A stretch of 64,000 nucleotides of DNA, taken from positions 1 through 64,000 of the forward strand of contig JBCCQY010000017.1 of the NCBI GenBank assembly GCA_039208735.1, written 5' to 3'. The stretch comes from Myxococcota bacterium (GTDB lineage Bacteria; Myxococcota_A; UBA796; GCA-2862545). The position numbers were made by a program, and so were the translations under genes. The notes beneath the pieces were generated by a model. That model saw only the letters and a program-made list of their open reading frames with translations. It had not been told where the DNA came from and did not search any database. Below, piece by piece: positions 19,127 to 28,766 of the stretch. Positions within the stretch are counted from its first letter, which is position 1. Each line of letters opens with the position of its first letter.

Positions 19127-22100
19127 AGCGGGCGATCCTCGCCGGCGTCGCTTCCGGGCTCCCCTTCGGGAGTGACCGGCGGGACAACAGGCGGTTCGTC
19201 GGATGGCGCCACTTCCGAGGTCGCCTCAGCGGGCGCGGGTTCCGGCGCGGCCTCAACCGGGGCGGGCACGGGTTCCGGCGCCGCCTCAACCGGGACGGGC
19301 GCAGGTTCCGGCGCCGCCTCAACCGGGACGGGCGCGGGTTCCGGCGCAGCTTCGACCGGGGCGGGCGCGGATTCGGGGGCCGGCGTCGCCGATTCCTCCG
19401 AGCCCTCACCTTCCTCTTCCCCGCTGCGTCGAAGCACTCGCGGCTCGGGCGGCTGGCTGCCGGGAGGTGGCGACGACGTGGTCACCGGACCGGTGGGCTC
19501 AACCACAGGCGTGGGTTCGAGCAGCCCCGCGGCCTGCATCTCGATGATCTTCTGTACACGACCGAGCAAGGCGTCGTAGTACTGGCACTCGAGGCTGTTC
19601 TGCGAGGTGCGTTCCTTCGCCCGCTGGTACTCGGCGTGGGCGGGAATGTACTGTTCACGCATCTCGAGGATGTGGCCAAGCGCGGCGAACGCACGACCAT
19701 GGGTCGGATCGCGTTCGATGAGCTGCCGAATCGTCTTTTCTGCGCGATCGAGATCGCCTCGAGCCATGTCGACCAGCGCCTGCTCGACCTGGATGCGTCG
19801 TCCCCGTTCGTGATTGCGATCGGTGAGCTTGCGGGCCTGCTTGAGCAACCAGTTGGACCGTTCGAGATCGCCACCACGTTCGCGCGTCAGCGTCGCGAGC
19901 ATGAGGCAGGCCTCGGGCGCCCGGCGCTCTCCGCGAATGCCATCTTCCAAGAGCTGAGCGGCTTCTTCCCGCAGTGCGGTCTCGTTGTCGGGTTCCACCC
20001 GAGCCCGATCCATCAGCAAGTCTGCAAGACGCGCCGTCTGAACGGGGTCACCCGGTGCGAGCCGTACCGCTTCACGCAGCAGCTCTTCGGCTTCGTCGAG
20101 CGAATCGAGCCCTTCGTCGCGCTTGGCCATGCCGAGCAACCCATACGGATCGGGCAGCATGGGATCTTCGCGCATCGCGGTTTTGAGGTGATCGACCCCT
20201 TCGTTGCGACGCCCCTGGCGCAGCAGGATCGCACCGAGCCGCGTCCGGAGCCGGCTCTCTTCGGGGAATACCTCAACGCCCTTCTCGAGCACGGCAATCG
20301 CCCGCACGCGCGCCCGCCGGGACAGGCAGTAGCCCGCCGCCTGGTGGAACAGCTCGGGCACCGGCGCCTTCTCGATCGCTTCGGCGAGCAGGGCTTCAAC
20401 CGCTTCCACCGTGTTGGTGGTGGCGGCCACCCACTCGAGCTTCAAAATCCACGCATCCGAATTCGCCGGGTTCTGCTTGAGGCACTCGTTGAGGCGCTGC
20501 TCCACCAGATCCAGACGGGGGTTCTTCGCCCGAAGCATCCCCGTGACCGACTCGAGCCAGGCATCGTGGTCGGGCAACTCGGGACGCGGACGTAGCCGCA
20601 GCCGACGGCCACGGATCGCCATGCGCGTCTGCTGATGCTCGAGCGACTGGCGTTGGGCTCCTTCGACCTTGCGGGCGCGAATCTGGAACAACTCCGCCAA
20701 TTCGGCCGACAGATCGAAGTCCGACACCTCACGCCACGTGAGGTTGGACCGAACCAACGGGTGAACCCGGTACAGGCGATTGTCCTGGGTGCCGTACATG
20801 TCGAGCATGCCGATGGCCATCAACTCGAGCCGACTCTTGCGCTTGACTTTCAGGTCGGAAAGGAAGTTGCCATCGACCGGCTCGCCGAGGTGCGCGATGT
20901 GCGAGAGCACCTGCCGCAGTTCCTTCGGAAGCTTCTCAACCCGCTTCGAAAGCTGCTTCTTCAGCGGACCAAGATCGTCGACGGCCTCCATCTTCATGAA
21001 GTTGCTGTCTTCGGTGATCGCCTCGCCGTCTTTCCGAATGCGCGTGGCGATCGCGAAGGTGCGCGCGGCCATGGGGTGACCGTGCAGGCGCTCGGAGATG
21101 GGGCCGAACCGCTCCCTCGGGAACTCGATGGCCTTGTTTGCCTCGAACAACTCGTGGAAAAAGCGGCCCTTGATCCCGATGATCTCGATGCGGCGCAGAT
21201 CGTCGGACGCGCCCTCGCGATGGAAGCGCGGCTGACGCGTCGAGACGCACACCACCGGCAACGCAGCCTTGTTGGTGAGGATCGCAATGAGCAACAACTC
21301 AAGCCGTGACTTGCGGAAGAAGTCGCTGTCGCGACCCATGCCGTACTCGAGCCGGTGCACCACGAGCACCTTGCCTGCGAGCCCCTCGTGCGCCAACGCC
21401 GCCACCACGGCTTCGATGGCTTGAGCGGGCTTGTGCTCGGTCTTGAGCAACTCGAAGAGGGCCTCGTGACCCGCCTCCTTCGCCACCTGGGCGATACGGG
21501 CCACAAGGGCATCAAAACCCGTGCCCCACCCGAGCCAGACGTCGGGCAGACGCTCGACGCCCGCGGCCTCAATGGCGTGCTCGACCAACTGGTGCCGACC
21601 CACTCCCGCCGGACCCGAAAGCACGATGGGGCCGCCCTCACCAAGGAGCGCCTTCATCGCTTCGAGTTCCTCTTCGCGGCCCACAAAGGAGTGGACGGGG
21701 GCCGGAATGTCGGAGCCCTTCTTCTTGATTTTGGCGACGGCACCCGCGGCGGCTGCACCCGCGACGGGCGGCGGGGCGTCCGGCAATCCCTGAATAAACG
21801 CTTTACCACGCCCTTTTTCGTGGTCAACCTTCAGGCCGGATAGCGCCGACCCGAACGTGAAGGGATTGTAGTTTCGCGCCACCACCACGATGTCGGGCTG
21901 ATGACGTCCCCGTTGGAGCAACTGTCCAAGCTGTTGCATGCCCGTTGTGTCGGCCCCTTCCGGCTCGACCACGACGACAACCCCACCCGGTTCGGCCACG
22001 GCGTGTGCCACCCCGTCGGCACTCACCGGGATCACCGGCGCCACCGCGGGCCCAGCCAGCGCCATCGGCGACAGGCCTGCTCGCTCGCTTAGCGCCAGCA

Positions 22101-22182
22101 TCACTTCGGGGTCCCTCAGCAACGATCCCGATACGGCAATGGCGCACCGACCTGACTCGATGGCCTTTTCAACCCGATTCAT
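19123..22182 (-). CDS. STAND/NB-ARC-like ATPase fold + TPR array + Pro/Glu/Ala tail
   Basis: FVGREEEL, GPAGVGR, GHPMA and YRVHPLVR motifs, followed by multiple TPRs. Start MNRVEK at 22182. Confidence 0.82.
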   Translation of the reverse strand: MNRVEKAIESGRCAIAVSGSLLRDPEVMLALSERAGLSPMALAGPAVAPVIPVSADGVAHAVAEPGGVVVVVEPEGADTTGMQQLGQLLQRGRHQPDIVVVARNYNPFTFGSALSGLKVDHEKGRGKAFIQGLPDAPPPVAGAAAAGAVAKIKKKGSDIPAPVHSFVGREEELEAMKALLGEGGPIVLSGPAGVGRHQLVEHAIEAAGVERLPDVWLGWGTGFDALVARIAQVAKEAGHEALFELLKTEHKPAQAIEAVVAALAHEGLAGKVLVVHRLEYGMGRDSDFFRKSRLELLLIAILTNKAALPVVCVSTRQPRFHREGASDDLRRIEIIGIKGRFFHELFEANKAIEFPRERFGPISERLHGHPMAARTFAIATRIRKDGEAITEDSNFMKMEAVDDLGPLKKQLSKRVEKLPKELRQVLSHIAHLGEPVDGNFLSDLKVKRKSRLELMAIGMLDMYGTQDNRLYRVHPLVRSNLTWREVSDFDLSAELAELFQIRARKVEGAQRQSLEHQQTRMAIRGRRLRLRPRPELPDHDAWLESVTGMLRAKNPRLDLVEQRLNECLKQNPANSDAWILKLEWVAATTNTVEAVEALLAEAIEKAPVPELFHQAAGYCLSRRARVRAIAVLEKGVEVFPEESRLRTRLGAILLRQGRRNEGVDHLKTAMREDPMLPDPYGLLGMAKRDEGLDSLDEAEELLREAVRLAPGDPVQTARLADLLMDRARVEPDNETALREEAAQLLEDGIRGERRAPEACLMLATLTRERGGDLERSNWLLKQARKLTDRNHERGRRIQVEQALVDMARGDLDRAEKTIRQLIERDPTHGRAFAALGHILEMREQYIPAHAEYQRAKERTSQNSLECQYYDALLGRVQKIIEMQAAGLLEPTPVVEPTGPVTTSSPPPGSQPPEPRVLRRSGEEEGEGSEESATPAPESAPAPVEAAPEPAPVPVEAAPEPAPVPVEAAPEPVPAPVEAAPEPAPAEATSEVAPSDEPPVVPPVTPEGEPGSDAGEDRPL
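19231..19380 (-). repeat. 33-bp coding tandem repeat (~4.5 copies) encoding APEPAPVPVEA
   Basis: A GGTTCCGGCGC...CTCAACCGG unit recurs every 33 bp. Confidence 0.85.
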
Positions 22183-22370
22183 CCAAGTCTCTCGCTGAAT
22201 CCATCGGACCCGGCGTGCTAACGCGACGGGTCCTCCTACGCTACGGCGCGCCCCAGGGGTGTAATGGGCTTTGCCAGCCTTCGCGACCGCATCATGCGGT
22301 CCGTGTGTCGGGTTCGCGACGGTACCCAAGGAGGCTCTCCGCTCGGCCCCGCCGGAGTTAGCGGTCGCGC

Positions 22371-23384
22371 ATGGACTTCCTGTCGACCCTTCGCTTTGTT
22401 CGCTCGATGCTGTTCGCCCCCGATCGCGAGATCGGGGAGCCCGTTCCATTGGACTCGCCCGAGGGGCCCATCGAAGCAGACGCTTATCGGCCCTCCGGCA
22501 CGCCTTGGGGCTCGGTCATTTTGCTGCATGGGCTGGCGCTGCGAGGACACCGAGACCCCCGGCTCGTCCGTTTAGGATGGGCGCTCGCCGATTGTGGGAT
22601 CATCGCGATTGCGCCGCGAATCCCCTCAATGGCCGAACTGCGCTTGCATCCGCTTGCCTGGCCCACCATCGCCCATTCGTTGCGCGCGGTGGCTCGGGAG
22701 CCGAGTCTACGAGGTCCAGGCGGCGTGGGCATTTTCGCGCCATCGTACGCGGGTGGACAGGCGCTGCTCGCCGCGGTCCAACCCGACATCCACAACGACA
22801 TCTCGGCCCTCATGCTGGTGGGCGCCTACGCAGATGGTCGGGCGCTCCTCCGACACGTCATGGCCGCCACCGATGCCGATCCCTACGGCCGCCTCATTCT
22901 CGTTCGACACGCCCTCGAAGCCACCGGGGACCTGTCTCCGGGGCTGGCGCAGGCGATCGACGGGCAGCTCGTCGATCTGGGCCTGGAGCCCGATCCTCCA
23001 AAGCTGCCCACCGCCCTCGAACAAATGCCTGAGGACGAACGAACGCGTTTTCTGGAGCTGCGGGATGACGTGCAGGCCCGTCGAGCCTTCGCCGAAGAGG
23101 TGCTTGCCCGGCACGGCGAAGCCATCGACACCCTTTCGGTCACCGACGCCTTGCAGACCATCGAGGCGCCCGTCGCGATGCTCCATGGCTCCAACGATCC
23201 CGTCATTCCCAGCAGCGAATCTACTTTCATGTACGAGGCCCTACGTCGTCAAGGCAAGGCCACGCGGCTGTGCATCACCCGCCTGCTCGACCATGGAAAC
23301 GTCACCGCCAAGGGCCGCAGCCTGCTCGATCTTCCCAAACTCATGAGTACGTTTGGGTTCTGGTTCAGTGGGCTACGCCGTTAG
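22371..23384 (+). CDS. Alpha/beta-fold hydrolase
   Basis: LLHG oxyanion motif, atypical elbow FAPSYAGG, HGSNDPVIP and LLDHG. Confidence 0.8.
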   Translation: MDFLSTLRFVRSMLFAPDREIGEPVPLDSPEGPIEADAYRPSGTPWGSVILLHGLALRGHRDPRLVRLGWALADCGIIAIAPRIPSMAELRLHPLAWPTIAHSLRAVAREPSLRGPGGVGIFAPSYAGGQALLAAVQPDIHNDISALMLVGAYADGRALLRHVMAATDADPYGRLILVRHALEATGDLSPGLAQAIDGQLVDLGLEPDPPKLPTALEQMPEDERTRFLELRDDVQARRAFAEEVLARHGEAIDTLSVTDALQTIEAPVAMLHGSNDPVIPSSESTFMYEALRRQGKATRLCITRLLDHGNVTAKGRSLLDLPKLMSTFGFWFSGLRR

Positions 23385-23393
23385 AACGCTTCG

Positions 23394-24254
23394 ATGATCG
23401 GGGTCTACGATTCGGGATTCGGCGGGCTTACCGTGCTCCGGGAACTCGTTCGGGTGCTGCCCGAGCGCAGCTTTCTGTACCTGGGTGACAACGGGCGAGC
23501 GCCCTACGGCGGACGTGACGTCCACACGGTGATCGACTTCGCCGAGCAGTCCGTCGAACACCTCTTTGACGCCGGGTGCCGGCTGGTCGTCGTGGCCTGC
23601 AACACCGTGAGTTGTGTCGCGCTGCGCCACTTGCAGCAGCGCTACGCCCCGCCCGATGGATCCCGACGCGTGCTCGGCGTGACGATTCCCGGCGCCGAGT
23701 TGGCCACCCAACAGAGCCGAGGTCACATCGGCATCCTTGCCACCCGACGGACCGTCGAGAGCCGAACCTATTGCGCCGAGATCGCCAAACTCTCCGACCA
23801 CCGCGTGACGCAGAGGTCAGCCCCCCTGCTCGCGCATGTGGTGGAGGAAGGATTCGAGTCCCACGACATCGCCCGGCTGGCCTTGCAGGAGTACCTCGCC
23901 GACCTCACCCACATCGACACCTTGCTCCTTGGGTGCACCCACTACCCGTTGCTCAGACCGTTGATCGAGGCGGTGCTCCCAGACGATGTCTCCATCGTCG
24001 ACCCGGGACCCTACGTGGCGACCGCCCTACGGTCTTGGCTCGACCGTCACCCCTCGTTCGACACGCCGGATGAGACGGGCTCCCTGCGGATGCTCACCAG
24101 CGGTTCGGCGAGTGACTTCACCCGGCTCGGTGTCCGCTTTTTTGGCGGACCGTTGCCCGAGCCCGAGCCGCTCACGGAACAGGACGGGCGACTGGTGGTT
24201 CGCGGAGAGGCCCCTCCGCTACGCGGTCAGGTCGTGCGGCCCTCGCGGCGCTAA
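23394..24254 (+). CDS. murI: Glutamate racemase
   Basis: IGVYDSGFGGLTV, APYG, VACNT and LLGCTHYP motifs. Confidence 0.96.
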   Translation: MIGVYDSGFGGLTVLRELVRVLPERSFLYLGDNGRAPYGGRDVHTVIDFAEQSVEHLFDAGCRLVVVACNTVSCVALRHLQQRYAPPDGSRRVLGVTIPGAELATQQSRGHIGILATRRTVESRTYCAEIAKLSDHRVTQRSAPLLAHVVEEGFESHDIARLALQEYLADLTHIDTLLLGCTHYPLLRPLIEAVLPDDVSIVDPGPYVATALRSWLDRHPSFDTPDETGSLRMLTSGSASDFTRLGVRFFGGPLPEPEPLTEQDGRLVVRGEAPPLRGQVVRPSRR

Positions 24255-24631
24255 AGCCCCGCAGAGGCAAGCCACCAGCGACCGGCGGCCACTGCGGCTA
24301 CGATCTGGACCGAGAGCACGACAAGCATGGGGGCATCGGGCGTCACGGGCAACGCGACCCCCGCCGACCACAGGACCAACGTGGTGAGCGGAATGAGCGG
24401 CATGGCCGATACGATCAGGGCGAAAGGCCGGACGTTTCGGGCGATCGCGACCGCGGCGGACAGGTAAAGGAGGCCTCCGAGAATCGCACCGACGTGCTTC
24501 GGCACCCACTCGAAGAGCAGCGGCTGGGCCCAATCGAGGACCACGATGAGAGCGCACGCTGCGATGGCGACCTGCTGCGTCAACAGCCGCCCATCAACCT
24601 TCGTCGCGGAAGTTCTTCTCGGCTTCGGCAA
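24251..24631 (-). CDS. Hypothetical membrane protein (~4 TM)
   Basis: Hydrophobic helices; start uncertain. Confidence 0.65.
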   Translation of the reverse strand: MPKPRRTSATKVDGRLLTQQVAIAACALIVVLDWAQPLLFEWVPKHVGAILGGLLYLSAAVAIARNVRPFALIVSAMPLIPLTTLVLWSAGVALPVTPDAPMLVVLSVQIVAAVAAGRWWLASAGL

Positions 24632-25031
24632 TGCGCTCGACCAACTCGTTCAATTCCGCTTTATCGACGCCTTTGCCTACGCGCAGCTCGCTACCCGACT
24701 GGCCCTTCACGACGACTTCATCGTCGATCACGTCGGCGCTTGCGTAGTCTGTCCAGGCGATCCGCCGCTTCGCCGGTCCCACCAGAAAGCCCATGACCAG
24801 TCGTTCGTCTTCGACGAGCAACTTGCTGTGAGTCACGCGGACGCGGGTCACCCCGCCGAACTGGTTCGCGACCATGAGCACGCCCACGAGCAGGAGCGGG
24901 ACCCCTACACACCACCACCCCGGCTGGGTAACGATTGCAGCGATCGCGCCGCCGGCCACGAGCAGGCCAAGACCAAGTCCCAGGGGGCTCGGAGGATATG
25001 GGGTCTGAATGCCGTCGCGCGTCAGTGCCAT
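24594..25031 (-). CDS. Hypothetical membrane protein (2 TM + PH-like beta domain)
   Basis: Two N-terminal TM segments followed by a beta-rich soluble segment. Confidence 0.65.
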   Translation of the reverse strand: MALTRDGIQTPYPPSPLGLGLGLLVAGGAIAAIVTQPGWWCVGVPLLLVGVLMVANQFGGVTRVRVTHSKLLVEDERLVMGFLVGPAKRRIAWTDYASADVIDDEVVVKGQSGSELRVGKGVDKAELNELVERIAEAEKNFRDEG

Positions 25032-25124
25032 GGCGCGCATCATAACCCTGGTCAACAGGGCCTGGTTTCGTCCGCCGGTCAATCGATCCACACGCTACGA
25101 GATCGGGTTCGTACGAGGGAGCGC

Positions 25125-26963
25125 ATGAATCTCGAGACTCGAGCTGCCGAATTGCCGACCACGGCGGGCGTATACCTGTTCAAGGATCGGCGCGGGACCG
25201 TGATTTACGTGGGCAAGGCGGTCAATCTGCGCTCTCGCGTGCGTCAGTACATCTCGCTGTCCGACGAACGGCACATGGTGCCCTTCTTGGTGCGGGCTGC
25301 GGCCGATGTCGAGGTGGTGGTCACCCATACCGAAAAAGAGGCATTGCTTCTCGAGAACACGCTCATCAAGAAGCACCGTCCACGCTTCAACGTGAAGCTT
25401 CGAGACGACAAGAACTTCTTGCATCTGCGCATCGACACTCGAAAGGAGTGGCCTCGGTACGAGCTTGTGCGTCGCATCAAAAACGATGGCGCACGGTACT
25501 TCGGCCCCTACCACTCCGCCTCGAAGGCCCGACAAACCTTGGCCTTCCTCCAGCGTGCGTTTCCGCTTCGCACCTGCACCGATGCGGTCCTTCGCTCCCG
25601 ACGGCGTCCCTGCCTGCTTCATCAGATGGGTCGATGCGTAGCTCCGTGCGTCGATCTCACGAACGAAGCGGAGTACACGAGCATCATCGAGGGTTCCATG
25701 GCGATGCTCGAAGGCCGCAAGAGGCCCGCCGTGAAGCACCTCAAGGCCCGCATGACGGCTGCAGCCGAGGCCGAGGAGTTCGAGAAGGCGGCCCGGTTGC
25801 GCGACCTCGTCTTCAGCATCGAATCGAGCCTCGAGCGCCAAGATGTCGTCGACACGGGTCTCGGGGAGCGCGATGTGTGGGGGCTTTTCATCGAGGGCAA
25901 CCAAGGTGCTGTCGCCATCATCCCCGTGCGCGAAGGGGTGATGGGCGAGCCGCGATCGTCGTTGATCGAAATCGCGGACGAGCCGGCCGATCTGCTTTCC
26001 ACGTTGCTGAACACGGCCTACCAAGGCGACACACCGGTGCCCGCCGAGATCTTGGTGCCCGTGTTGCCGACCGACCACGGAGCCCTTGAGGAAGTGCTGA
26101 CCGAACGTCGCGGTCGACGGGTTCATTTGCGGCAACCGCAGCGAGGCGACAAGGTTCGGCTCATCGAGCTGGCCAAAGAGAACGCCCGCGTGCGCTACCT
26201 CCGCGAGACCGATGAGCAGGAGCGACACGCCCAAGCGATGCAGCAGCTCGCCGAGGTTCTCGAGTTGCCATCGCCGCCCGAACGGATGGAGTGCTTCGAC
26301 AACTCGAACCTTCAGGGGAGCCATCCGGTCGCCGCGATGTCGGTGTTCATCGACGGCAAACCGGCGCGGCGGGAGTACCGGCGCTACCGCATCAAGACCG
26401 TGGTGGGTCCCGACGACTACGCAAGCATGCGCGAGATCCTCGAACGCCGGTTCCGAAGGGCCCTCAAGGATGGCGTGTTTCCCGACCTTCTGGTGGTCGA
26501 TGGGGGCAAGGGCCAAGTCGCGGTTGCGGTCGCCGTGCTGCAAGATCTCGGGCTTCATGAGCAGGCGGTGTGTGGCATCGCCAAGCCCCGCACCGAACGG
26601 GCCGGCGGCGACCGACACGCCACCGACAAGATTGTGCTGCCCCACCGCAAGGACCTCATCAAGCTGCCGCGCAGCCATCCTGCTTTGCGCATTCTCCAGC
26701 ACATCCGCGACGAGGTGCACGACACGGCCGTACGCTACCACCGCAAGGTGCGGCAGCAGGCGAACCTCGGCTCGGTGCTGCAGGAGATTCCCGGGGTGGG
26801 TGAAAAGCGACGTTTGGCACTGCTGAAGCACCTAGGCTCGGCCAATGGGGTGGCCGACGCGACGGTGGACCAATTGGCCGACGTGCCGGGAATTGGACGG
26901 GCGCTAGCCGAGCAAATCCACGGGCTGCTCAATCCCGGTGCCACAGAAAGCACAAGCCCCTAG
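25125..26963 (+). CDS. uvrC: Excinuclease ABC subunit C
   Basis: GIY-YIG motifs GVY...IYVGKA, plus RMECFDNS, DDYASM, LVVDGGKGQ and C-terminal HhH IPGVG/VPGIG. Confidence 0.97.
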   Translation: MNLETRAAELPTTAGVYLFKDRRGTVIYVGKAVNLRSRVRQYISLSDERHMVPFLVRAAADVEVVVTHTEKEALLLENTLIKKHRPRFNVKLRDDKNFLHLRIDTRKEWPRYELVRRIKNDGARYFGPYHSASKARQTLAFLQRAFPLRTCTDAVLRSRRRPCLLHQMGRCVAPCVDLTNEAEYTSIIEGSMAMLEGRKRPAVKHLKARMTAAAEAEEFEKAARLRDLVFSIESSLERQDVVDTGLGERDVWGLFIEGNQGAVAIIPVREGVMGEPRSSLIEIADEPADLLSTLLNTAYQGDTPVPAEILVPVLPTDHGALEEVLTERRGRRVHLRQPQRGDKVRLIELAKENARVRYLRETDEQERHAQAMQQLAEVLELPSPPERMECFDNSNLQGSHPVAAMSVFIDGKPARREYRRYRIKTVVGPDDYASMREILERRFRRALKDGVFPDLLVVDGGKGQVAVAVAVLQDLGLHEQAVCGIAKPRTERAGGDRHATDKIVLPHRKDLIKLPRSHPALRILQHIRDEVHDTAVRYHRKVRQQANLGSVLQEIPGVGEKRRLALLKHLGSANGVADATVDQLADVPGIGRALAEQIHGLLNPGATESTSP

Positions 26964-27155
26964 GAACATGCTGGTCAAAAGCCGAACATGCCGTTGTCGT
27001 TGGCAAGGCCTTGGGTTGGGATGGGCAAAATGCCGTCCCAGGGTTCCACGACCTTGCCATCTTCAAAACGGAGAAGGTCGTAGAACGCCGTGGGCGCAAC
27101 CACGGCCGCCTTGTTTGCCCGTGGCCGATGAGCTCACCCGTCGGCCGAATCGCTC

Positions 27156-27506
27156 TTAGTCGACGCCCGTCAGACGGCACGTACAGGTGATGGTGCCACC
27201 CCAGGGCAACGAACACCACTCGCAGTTGGCCACACAGCTCGAGTTAGGGTTGCAACCCCAGTGGCGGTAGGTTTCGGGCGCGGTGGCGATCGTGAAGTCG
27301 CCGCCATCGTCTTCGCAGGTGTCGACCACCCGCGAGGCGAAGTCGCGGTCCCGGATTCTGAAGTCGGCGTGCCTTCCGTCCAAATCTTCGCAGGTCTCGA
27401 AACGGGATCGCAGATCGCCGGCTTGTGCAGCGTCCGTCATGGAACTGAAGACAGCGCCGACCACCGCCAATACCGCCAGGCAAAGGAACAAACGTAGGGT
27501 TTTCAT
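27156..27506 (-). CDS. Small secreted Cys-rich protein
   Basis: Signal peptide, GGAG RBS and 8 Cys in the mature part. Confidence 0.75.
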   Translation of the reverse strand: MKTLRLFLCLAVLAVVGAVFSSMTDAAQAGDLRSRFETCEDLDGRHADFRIRDRDFASRVVDTCEDDGGDFTIATAPETYRHWGCNPNSSCVANCEWCSLPWGGTITCTCRLTGVD

Positions 27507-27658
27507 GAGATCTCCAGACGACCGGCTTGGGTTTCGGTCGATGGAGCCAGACGCAAGTTCCGCGCCAACTTGGCGACGCCCTGTTTAGCTACGTCGACGG
27601 CTCGGAATCGACGCTCGAAATGCGCGCTGCGGTCGCGCGCGCGCGAGCCGCGCAGGCG

Positions 27659-28684
27659 TCAGTTGACCCACCACAAGGCCATCATCACGAGAACGAGCAG
27701 GCCGATGGCAACCCCGGCCCCGATGAGGCTCCCAAACCCGACCGCAGCGGCCCCCGTCCACCAAGGCGGCGACCGATGCGGAGGCTGCACCCGACGCGCG
27801 GGCTCGGGAGCGGGTGTGCGCTTGCGACGCGAGAACACCTCGGTCTGAACGTCCGCTGGCGACCACACCTGTTCGAGCAACGCCGCTGCGTGCCGGGGAC
27901 GGTCTTCGGGATCAACCGAAAGGGCAGTGCGGATCGCTCGAGCCACTTCGGGCGGGACGTCGGGATCGGATCCCGGGTCATCGAACTCTCCGTTGCACAC
28001 CGCATTGAAGACCGAGAGCATGTCGGGCTGCGGAAACGCCACCCGACGGCAGTAGATCTCGTAGAGCACACAGCCAAGCGAAAACACATCGGCCCGTGCA
28101 TCGACGTGTTTAGCCGATCGAATCTGCTCGGGCGCCATGTAGCGCGGCGTTCCCAGCGCGTGGCCGGTTCTCGTGTGGGAAGGGCGCTGCGGATCCCCCA
28201 CCATCTTGGCCAGCCCAAAGTCGGCGATCCGCGGCACCGGAGGCCGGCCGTCGCGCAAGTCGAGCAACACGTTGGCGGGTTTGAGATCGCGATGCACCAG
28301 CCCGCGTCCGTGGGCGTGGGCCATGCCGCTAACGATCCCCTCTGCCAGCTGGTGGCGCACCTCGAAAGGCACCGGTCCACGCTGGGAAAGCCAGCGTTCG
28401 AGAGAGGGACCGGCCACCCAGTCCATGACCAGGCCCATCCGGGTGTCCACCTCGACGACGTCGAACACCCGCACCAGGTTGGGATGATCGAGCTTGGCCA
28501 TCAGTTCGCCCTCGCGGCGCATCCGCATCAACACCTCGGGATGCCGCAGCGAGAGCACCTTCAGTGCGAATCGTCGGGACCGGCCTGCTTTGCGGACCCG
28601 ATACACCACCGAGGTGCTTCCCACCCCGATCTCAGCCTCAATCACGTAGCCATCGATTGTGGCACCGGGCTCGAGCACGTCCAC
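27659..28684 (-). CDS. Membrane-anchored Ser/Thr protein kinase
   Basis: ALK, HPN, HRDLKPANV, DFG, GTPRYMAPE and DVFSLG motifs; C-terminal TM. GTG start inferred. Confidence 0.93.
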   Translation of the reverse strand: MDVLEPGATIDGYVIEAEIGVGSTSVVYRVRKAGRSRRFALKVLSLRHPEVLMRMRREGELMAKLDHPNLVRVFDVVEVDTRMGLVMDWVAGPSLERWLSQRGPVPFEVRHQLAEGIVSGMAHAHGRGLVHRDLKPANVLLDLRDGRPPVPRIADFGLAKMVGDPQRPSHTRTGHALGTPRYMAPEQIRSAKHVDARADVFSLGCVLYEIYCRRVAFPQPDMLSVFNAVCNGEFDDPGSDPDVPPEVARAIRTALSVDPEDRPRHAAALLEQVWSPADVQTEVFSRRKRTPAPEPARRVQPPHRSPPWWTGAAAVGFGSLIGAGVAIGLLVLVMMALWWVN

Positions 28685-28766
28685 CCCCGGTCTCAGCTCG
28701 ACTCCGCCGAATGGCACGCCGAGCGGCCCTAGGCCAGGCGCGCGAGCCTCAAAGTAACGGTCATGA

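Noticed and set aside
25095..26831. Long antisense ORFs over uvrC, and similarly 19030..20595, 30504..31991 and 40439..42187
   Set aside because: They mirror well-supported genes on the opposite strand.
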